A stretch of DNA of 64,000 nucleotides, from the NCBI GenBank assembly GCA_963790555.1, contig CAWBPB010000019.1:394858-458857 (forward strand). The letters are read 5' to 3'. Under the pieces are notes generated by a model. That model made no database searches and was not told where the DNA came from. It saw only the letters and a program-made list of their open reading frames with translations. Source of the DNA: an uncultured Acidobacteriaceae bacterium. Its GTDB lineage: Bacteria > Acidobacteriota > Terriglobia > Terriglobales > Acidobacteriaceae. Both the position numbers and the translations under genes were made by a program. This document shows positions 56,260 through 64,000 of this stretch, one piece after another. How positions within the stretch are numbered: position 1 is the first letter of the stretch; every line of letters starts with the position of its first letter.

Positions 56260-58800
56260 CTACTCCGACCGCAGTGCCTGCATGGGTTCTATCGACGCAG
56301 CCCGCCGCGCGGGCAACAGAGCGGCCGCCGCCGCGCTCAGTGAGAGCAGGAGCACCGCGACGGCCACTACTGGCAAATCAAACGAGCCGACGCCGAAAAG
56401 CTCTCCGGAGAGCAGACGCCCGGCAACATACGAAAGCGGGACGCCGACCAGCAGCCCGATACCGCAGGACAACAGCGACTGCATCAGCACCTCCCGCAGG
56501 ATGCGCGTGCGGCTTGCGCCCAGCGCCATGCGTATGCCGATCTCTCCCGTGCGCCGCTCGACGGAATACGCGGTCACGCCATAGATGCCGATCGCGGCCA
56601 GCAACAGCGCAATGCCCGCGAAGACGGCGCACAGCCGCGACATCAGCTCGCCCGGGATGACGCTGATCTCTTTCAACTGCTTGAAGGTGTAAAACGCAGT
56701 GATCGGCAGGTTGGCATCCACATCGCGTACTGCCTTACGCATCGCCGCTTCTGCCTGGGGCCGATCGCTGCCGCGAAGCTCCAGAACGAGATTGCCTGCG
56801 AAGTGCGACTGCGCCTCCCATCCCTGCCGCGACGGACTGAAGACCTCCGTCGTCTGGCGATAGGGCAGGAAATAGAGAGGCGGCGTCGGCAGATCGGGAA
56901 AAAGGAATTTGACATCGTGCACTACGCCGACAATCTCGAACTGGGAGCGCAGCTCCGGTTCAATGCCGAAGTGCTGGCCAATCGGATCGCCCTTCAGAAA
57001 GCGGCGAGCAAAGCCTTCACTGACGACCGCAACCTTCTGCGACTTGTCATCGTCGGCATCGGTGAAGACGCGCCCTTCACGCAGCTTTGCGCCGATCGAA
57101 GCGAAATAATCCGGATTCACGCGGTTCCACGCCGCGCTGCCCCAATGGCTGTCGAGCGCGGGATTCGGCTGGCCGGGGAAATAGGTAAATGTATAGCGGC
57201 TGTCTCCGGACATGGGCGCGTAGGTTGCGAGCCCCACATGCTCTGCTCCAGGAATGGCCATGAACCGTTCCTGTAACCGCTGATAGAGCTCATTGGTGTG
57301 GGTGCTGTGGTATCCGGCAAGCGCCGGATCGATGCTGATGATGTAACGGTCCTTGGTCTGGAAACCGAAGTCCTGCCCCTCCAGCTTGGCCAGGCTGCGC
57401 GTCAGCAGGCCCGCAGCACATAGCAGCACGACGGAGAGCGCCGCCTGCAGAATGACCAGCACCCGCTGCGATCCCGTGCCGCTGGAGCGCGTGGTGCGCG
57501 AAGCGGCGCGCAGCACGCTGGCCAGGTTGTTCCGGGTCGAGATCCACGCCGGGCCGACACCGAACAGGATAGCTGTCACCATGGCGGTGACAAATGCGAA
57601 GGCCAGCATCGCAGGGGAAGGCCGCGCGGTGATGGGGATGTAGTCGACCCCCTGCAATGCCACCGCAATCACGGAGCTGGAGAGAACATAGGCCGCCCCC
57701 ACCGCTCCGATGCAGCCGAGCAGCGCCAGCAGAATGCTCGATACCATGGCCTGCTGCAGCAGTTGCCCGCGGCTGGCGCCCAGCGCCATGCGGACCGCGG
57801 TCTGCTGGCTCTGCGCCATCGCCTTTACCAGCAGCAGATTGGCCACGTTGGCGCAGACGATCAGCATCACGAAGCCCGCTGCCGCCATCAGCAGCTTCAG
57901 CGGCTGCTCGTAATACATCCCGATGACGTTGATGCCCGGCTCGGCGGAGGCGATCTCGGTCCGCTGCCGCTCGATCTGCGCCCGTTCGTCCGGATTCATC
58001 TCCGCGCTGCGGCTGCGCAGCCACTGGCGAAGCTCGGTATTCAGTTGCGCATTGATCTGGGCATGGTCGGCGCCCGGCGGAATGCGGCCGATGATGTCCA
58101 GCCAGTAGCGGTCCGGCCGGGCGTTGAGCGCGCCCTCGTGCACGAAGTACGATTCCTGCCGCAGCGGCATCCACAGCTCCGGCATATCGGCGTTGATGGT
58201 CTCGCCCATGAATCCGGGCGCCGTGACGCCGACGATGGTGGCCGCCGTGCCGTTCATCATCAGCGTCTGGCCGACGATATGGGGGTCGCGCGCAAAGCGG
58301 CGTTGCCACATGCGATCGCTTAACACCGCGACCGGCGGCGCGCCCTGTCGATCATCTTCCGGCGTAAGTCCGCGGCCCATCGCGACCGGCACTCCAAGCA
58401 CGCTGAAGTAGTTTCCGGAAACCAGCCTGCCCAGCAGCGCAAACGACGCCTGCGGATCGCCCTGGCGATGCACCAGCAGCGGCGTCTGCCCGGGCTGAAA
58501 TGCCGCCATCCCCTCAAAGCCCTGCGTGTGATCGCGCAGCGTCTCGTAGAGGTCGGTGGAGAACAGGCTCCAGTCGCCCATCGGCTCGGTGGCCACGCAG
58601 CAGGTGCTCTCGCGCCCGACCTTATACAACTCCGACGGCTGCCTGACCGGCAGCGGCTTCAGCATCGAAACATAGATCAGGCTGAAAATGGCCGTAGTCG
58701 CGCCGATGCCCAGCGCGAGCGTGAGCACAGCCGTAATGGCAAAGCCCGGGCTGCGGTGCAGTTGGCGGAATGCGTAGCGGATATCTGCGGCCAGATGCAT
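56260..58800 (-). CDS. ADOP permease, array copy 4 (CC-motif subtype)
   Basis: [59 protein letters not shown]. Confidence 0.93.
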   Translation of the reverse strand: MHLAADIRYAFRQLHRSPGFAITAVLTLALGIGATTAIFSLIYVSMLKPLPVRQPSELYKVGRESTCCVATEPMGDWSLFSTDLYETLRDHTQGFEGMAAFQPGQTPLLVHRQGDPQASFALLGRLVSGNYFSVLGVPVAMGRGLTPEDDRQGAPPVAVLSDRMWQRRFARDPHIVGQTLMMNGTAATIVGVTAPGFMGETINADMPELWMPLRQESYFVHEGALNARPDRYWLDIIGRIPPGADHAQINAQLNTELRQWLRSRSAEMNPDERAQIERQRTEIASAEPGINVIGMYYEQPLKLLMAAAGFVMLIVCANVANLLLVKAMAQSQQTAVRMALGASRGQLLQQAMVSSILLALLGCIGAVGAAYVLSSSVIAVALQGVDYIPITARPSPAMLAFAFVTAMVTAILFGVGPAWISTRNNLASVLRAASRTTRSSGTGSQRVLVILQAALSVVLLCAAGLLTRSLAKLEGQDFGFQTKDRYIISIDPALAGYHSTHTNELYQRLQERFMAIPGAEHVGLATYAPMSGDSRYTFTYFPGQPNPALDSHWGSAAWNRVNPDYFASIGAKLREGRVFTDADDDKSQKVAVVSEGFARRFLKGDPIGQHFGIEPELRSQFEIVGVVHDVKFLFPDLPTPPLYFLPYRQTTEVFSPSRQGWEAQSHFAGNLVLELRGSDRPQAEAAMRKAVRDVDANLPITAFYTFKQLKEISVIPGELMSRLCAVFAGIALLLAAIGIYGVTAYSVERRTGEIGIRMALGASRTRILREVLMQSLLSCGIGLLVGVPLSYVAGRLLSGELFGVGSFDLPVVAVAVLLLSLSAAAAALLPARRAASIEPMQALRSE

Positions 58801-58805
58801 AGGTT

Positions 58806-61224
58806 TCACTCCGTCCGCAACGCTACCATGGGTTCGGTGGAGGCCGCGCGCCGGGCCGGAACCAGCGCTGCCAGAGCCGCCGCGGCGATCAGCACGCAGG
58901 CAGCGACGCCATAACTCACCGGGTCCAGGGCCGGAACCCCGACCAGAAAACGGCTCGAGCACGCGCGAGGTCTCCAGGCTGACCAGAACCCCAAGCCCGA
59001 TGCCCAGCAACCCGCTCTTTGCAGCCGTCGCCATCACTTCGCGCGCGACCGTCGCGCGGTCCGCGCCCAGCGCCATGCGGATGCCGATCTCCCGCACCTG
59101 CTGCGCCACGGTGTAGCTGGTGACGCTGTACATGCCGACGGCGGCAAGCAATAACGCGAGCGCCGCGAACGCGGTCAGGAGCTCTCCACGTAACTGCTGC
59201 GGCTCGGTGGCCATCGCCAGCGCGTCGTCCATGGTGGTGAACTTCGTCGCGATGGATGCATCGGTCGCCAGCACGCGCTGCCGCACCGCCGGGATCAGCG
59301 TTGCCGGCGCGGTCGCGGTATTGAGCACGATCTGTGCTCCTCCGCCAATTGCCACTCGTTCCGGATGCTGCGCCACCGGCATGTACAGGGCGGGCGAAGG
59401 ATCGTCGGCCGGGGAATCCTGCCGCACATCGCCAACCACACCAACAATGGTGGCGCCGCGCATGCTTTCTTCATCCATGCCGCAGATGAGCTGCTTTCCG
59501 ATCGGATCCTCATTCCCGAAGGATTGATGCGCCAGCTTCTCGCTGATGACCACGACCGGCTGCGATCCATATGTATCCGCAGCAGTCACGTCTCTGCCGC
59601 GCAGCAGCGGAATGTCCATGGCCCGGAAATATCCCGGCCCCGCCAGGCTGAAGTTGGCCCACGGAAGGCCGGCCTTGATCCATGCTCTGGCCTTTGCTCG
59701 GAATGGCATAGTAGCCGTTCGAGCCATCGTCGCCCGCCGGCAGTCCCCAGGCCTCCACTGCCGACGTGACACCGGGCAGCGCGCCCAGTCGCGCAGTGAG
59801 CGCGGCCAGTTGGGTTACGCGCTTTTGTTGGTCAGCAAGGCCATGGGCCGGCGCATCCACGCTCACCACCAGCCGGTTCTCGGCAGCAAAACCAAGTGAC
59901 GACGTGGCGGATGTGCTCGATAGTCCGCAGCAGCAGGCCTGAGGTCGTCACCAGCAGAAAGCTCAATCCGATCTCGACAGCCAGCAGCCCGCGCCGCCAC
60001 ACAGCGGAGCTGCGGTCCGTGCTGCCGGAGCGCGTGCCGCGGCTCAGCGCCGCCGCAGGATCGCGACGCGCCGCCCACCAGCACGGCAGAGTCGCGCTGA
60101 GCACCGTCACGAGCACAGCCAGCACCAGACAGAAGCCCAGCAGCCGCGGATCGGGCGTGGCGCTCATCGCGCGCGGCAGTTGCGATGCCAGAAGATGCAT
60201 CAGCAGTCTGCGTAGCGGGAATCGACAGCAGAAGTCCCGCAACACCGCCGAGCAATGACACGACACCTGCTTCAACCAGCACCGAGCTGACGATGCGCGC
60301 GCGCGTTGCGCCCAGCGCGCTGCGCACCGCCAGCGCGTGTCCCTGCGCGGAGATGCGAACGAGCTGCAGATGCGCCACATTCGCGCAGGCAATCAGCAGC
60401 AGCACCCCCACCGCAGCCAGCCATAGCCACAGCGATATCCGCACTTCTCCGGTCAGCGCATCGCGCAGCGGCACGGCGCGCAGACTGATATGAGCATGGC
60501 TAATGGGAAACTGCTTCGCCAGCCGAAGTGAAAGCGCATCGAGCTGTAGCTGCGCCTGCTCCGTCGTCAACCCGTCGCGGAGTAGACCAACCGCACGGTA
60601 GTTGTACGAATCGCGGCTTGCGCTATCCAATGGCACCGCAGGCGATCCGAACCACACACTCGTCTTCTGCGGAAAGTCGAAGCCGCGCGGCATCACGCCG
60701 ACCACCTCGTACGACTCGCCCTCTGTGCTCACGAGCTTGCCCACCGCCGTATCTATGCCGCCCAATTCCGCATCGGCAAAGGCCTCGCTGACCAGCGCCT
60801 CATGTGAGGCATCGGCCGCGCGAAAGAGCGTGCCGCGCACCGGCTGCACACCAAAGACCTGCGGGAATCGGGGACTCGCGATGGCAACATGCGTGAACGT
60901 GGCGTGGTCGGGAAGCTGCACGCCCGATTCAAAAAATGCGTAATAGGCCGCGGCGGAAAAGGCGCTCTGCGCCTGCAGGTCCATATAGTCGCCGCCGGGC
61001 ACGCGCGGGATCTGGTGCTGCCTGTCCGTGAACAGCGTCTCCAGCGCCACGATGCGGTCTGCGTTGCGATACGGAAGCTGCTTCAGCAGCATCTGCTCCA
61101 CCACGCTGAAGACGGCGGTCGTGGCGCCGATGCCGAGCGCCAGCGTGAGGATCGCGGTCACGGCAAAGCCGGGGTTGCGGCGAAGCTGGCGAACCGCGTA
61201 GCGAAGATCCTGAGCGAGTGTCAT
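58806..61224 (-). CDS. ADOP permease, array copy 3 (several indels)
   Basis: QDLRYAVRQLRRNPGF, IACANVAHL, REIGIRMALGA, PARRAASTEPMVALRTE over several frames. Confidence 0.9.
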
Positions 61225-61228
61225 CGCG

Positions 61229-63679
61229 TTACTCCGTCCTCAATGCGGTGATCGGGTCGATGGTCGCGGCGCGGCGCGCGGGCAGCATCGCCGCCAGCAG
61301 GCCGATCAGGAAAAGCACCGCGGCGATCACGAGGAAGACCATCGCCTGGTCTGCAGGAAGGTGCGCGGCCTGCGCCCCGCGCATTCCGTGCGACTCCGGC
61401 AACACAGCGGCAATGGCCCGGTTCGTCAGCAGCGTCAGAAAGGCGCCGGCAGCGACGCCCAGCGCCACCATGGCGGCCGCACGCGACGCTATCGTGCGCA
61501 CCACGTTCGCGCGCGTAGCGCCCAGCGCCATGCGCACGCCGATATCGCGGGTGCTCTGTTCGACCTCATGACTGAGCAGCCCGTGGATGCCGACGACGGC
61601 CAGCAGCAGCGCCAGCATGGCAAAGCCGCCAAAGAGCCACGACTCCATGCGCTGGAAGTCAAGCTGATCGAGCACGATCTCGTCCATCGTCTCCGGCGTG
61701 CGGAACGGCACGGTGGGATCGACGGCATGGATCGCTTCGCGCAGCTCGCCGTAGATAGCTTTTGGATCGCCCTTCGCGCGCACGACGAGTTGCATGCTGC
61801 TCAGATAATCCAGTGGATCGGCTACGGGCAATGCGTTCGCAAGGTAGTCCATCTCTGCCAAGGGAGGCCGGTCAAGAGCCTGACGGACGTTGCTGACGAC
61901 CCCGACGATCTCGGCATTTTCTCCGTCGATGTGGGCGCCCACTGGCTCCACCGCCTTGTGGGAAGAATTTCTTGACGAAGGCCTCATTGACGACAACCCT
62001 GTGTGCACCAGCGGTATCCAGACCCGGATCGAGCAGGCGCCCGCGGATCAATTGAATTCCAAAGGTCTTGTAGTAGCCATTGGTGACGATGCGGTTTTCG
62101 GCCAGCATCTCCTGGTTCGGCGGATTTGGCGGCTGCCCCTTGATATGGACATCGCTGTTGATACCCCAGTTCTGGATCGGAATGGTGCTGATAAACCCAG
62201 CAGCCGCGATGCCCGGCGCATGCTGCAGCCGATCGAGAAGTGGCTGGTAGAAGTTCCCCATTGGATCGCGGCCGGTATAGCGGCCGGGGGAAAGATCGAT
62301 CTCGGCGGAGACGATCGGTGCGGGATCAAAGCCAAGATCGGTATGGCGCTGCTCGAGGATGGAGCGCACCAGCAGCCCGGAGGTAAACAGCAGCACCAGG
62401 GCCAGCGCCACCTGGGTGACGATGAATGCGGAGCGCAGCCGGTGGTGCGCGCGCGTCGTCCCGGCGGCGCCGCCCGAGCGCAGCGCCTGGCTGGGATCGA
62501 TGCGGGCCAGCCGCAACGCGGGAAGAACACCGGCCAGCACACTCGCCACCGTGGCAAGCACAATTGCGACGGCAAGCGCGCGCAGGTTCAGGTGCACCTC
62601 GCCGCCGCGCTGCAGTGCGTCCAGCAAAAAGGTCCGCATGCCGCCCAGCACGAGGTTGGCCAGCAGAACGCCCACGCCGCAGCCGAACGCCGCCAGCACC
62701 AGGCTTTCCGTCAGCACCTGGCGCAGAATCGTTGCGCGGCCCGCACCCACCGCGGCGCGCACCGCCATCTCGCGCTCGCGGCTTACGCCGCGCGCCAGCA
62801 GCAGGCCGGCGATGTTTACGCAGCACAGCATCAGCACTGCCAGCACTGCGGCGCCCATCACGGTGAGCGGCGAGGCCACGCCTTCGCTCAGCGTTGCGTC
62901 GAGCGAGTGGAGCACCACGGTGCGTCCCGCATCTGTATCCGGATAGGCGCGGCCCATGTCTGCGAAGACACGCTGCAGGTCGGCCTGCGCCTGCTGGCGG
63001 CTCACGCCCGGCTTCATGCGGCCGATGGTCCGCAGCCAGTGGTTGCCGCGGCTGGTCACCCATTGCGGGTTGGCATGCAGCGGCGTGTACACCGCGTTGC
63101 GCTGCCCCAGCGGATAGCGGAAGTCCGCGGGCATGACGCCGATGATGGTGTACGGATGGCCGTCGAGCCGCGCGACTTTTCCCAATCACCTTCGGATCAG
63201 CCGCAAAATCGCGCTGCCACACTTCATGGCTCAGCACCGCCACGTCGTCACGGCCGGGCTGGTCTTCGCCGGGAAGAAAGGTCCGGCCCAGGATCGGCCG
63301 CACGCCGAAGACATCGAAGAAGTTGTCGGTCCCCTTGGTCGCATGCAGCGCCACCGGCCCATGCGGCGATTCGAGATTCACGCCGGAGAAGTCGTTGTAG
63401 CCCGCCAAGCGCCGTGAAGGTATGCTGCTGCGCGCGCTCATCGCGATAGGAAGGCAGCGATGCCGGCTGCGTGTAGCCGCTGCGCGACCGGCTCTCCGGC
63501 ACCACAATCGAGTGCGGATCGGAAAACGGCAGCGGCCGCAACAGCACCGCGTCGATCACGCTGAAGACCGCGGTCGTCGCGCCCACGCCGAGGGCGAGCG
63601 TCAGGATCGCGGTCAGCGCGAAGCCGGGGCTGCGGCGCAGCTTGCGAAACGCGTAACGAACGTCTTGTTGTAGCTGCAT
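61229..63679 (-). CDS. ADOP permease, array copy 2 (several indels)
   Basis: [54 protein letters not shown]. Confidence 0.9.
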
Positions 63680-63699
63680 GACCGCCTCCCTTTTTGAAT

Positions 63700-64000
63700 C
63701 TATTGGTTGCGCAGCGCCTCAACCGGCTCAATCGAAGCCGCGCGCCGTGCCGGCAGCAATGCCGCCAGCACTGCTGCCACCATCAAGGTTACAAATGCGC
63801 CGCCCAGAATCAGCGGGTTCGAACTGCTGACGTTGTACAGATGCGCCGCCATCAGCCGGCCCAGGCCGAGCGCCAGCGGTATGCCGATGATCAGCCCCGT
63901 AAGCACCTGCGCCAGCGCATGCTTCAGGACGCCGCGCAGCACGTCTGCGCGGTTCGCACCCAGCGCCATGCGCAGGCCAACCTCCGGCGTGCGCCGCTCC
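63700..64000 (-). CDS. ADOP permease, array copy 1, C-terminal part (5' end outside window)
   Basis: [32 protein letters not shown]. Confidence 0.9.
   Translation of the reverse strand, partial: ERRTPEVGLRMALGANRADVLRGVLKHALAQVLTGLIIGIPLALGLGRLMAAHLYNVSSSNPLILGGAFVTLMVAAVLAALLPARRAASIEPVEALRNQ

Noticed and set aside
56260-59772. 1170-aa triple-module permease
   Set aside because: The upstream copy's ALRTE* terminus is present in another frame (stop 58806) and the next copy starts at 58800

Overview
High-GC (~63-65%) bacterial chromosome segment, most likely Acidobacteriota (Acidobacteriaceae-like); this is inferred from seven ADOP-type duplicated MacB/FtsX permeases and the typical gene neighbourhoods. 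Core content: sdhCAB, icd-mdh, purB-ubiX, pyrE, uvrA, rdgB, tadA, an isolated sigma28-driven fliC-fliD-fliS unit, a pdaD-aguB-aguA arginine-to-putrescine cluster, a NodF/NodE-like ACP+KAS pair and many enzymes and hypotheticals. Most striking is a >=16 kb minus-strand operon: at least five divergent ADOP permeases in tandem, then one ABC ATPase, one TolC, a GAFTDA-type NtrC regulator and a histidine kinase with almost no extracellular domain. This suggests a 'many permeases, one motor, permease-as-sensor' system. Also notable are a lower-GC islet (Pepco/Trypco-like protein plus a metzincin with a non-canonical zinc motif) and a three-way-junction RNA structure in the fliC 3' region. Many genes, including housekeeping ones, are broken by single-base indels. 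These are most simply read as long-read/assembly errors, so several gene boundaries are approximate. No tRNA, rRNA, CRISPR array, integrase or transposase was recognised.
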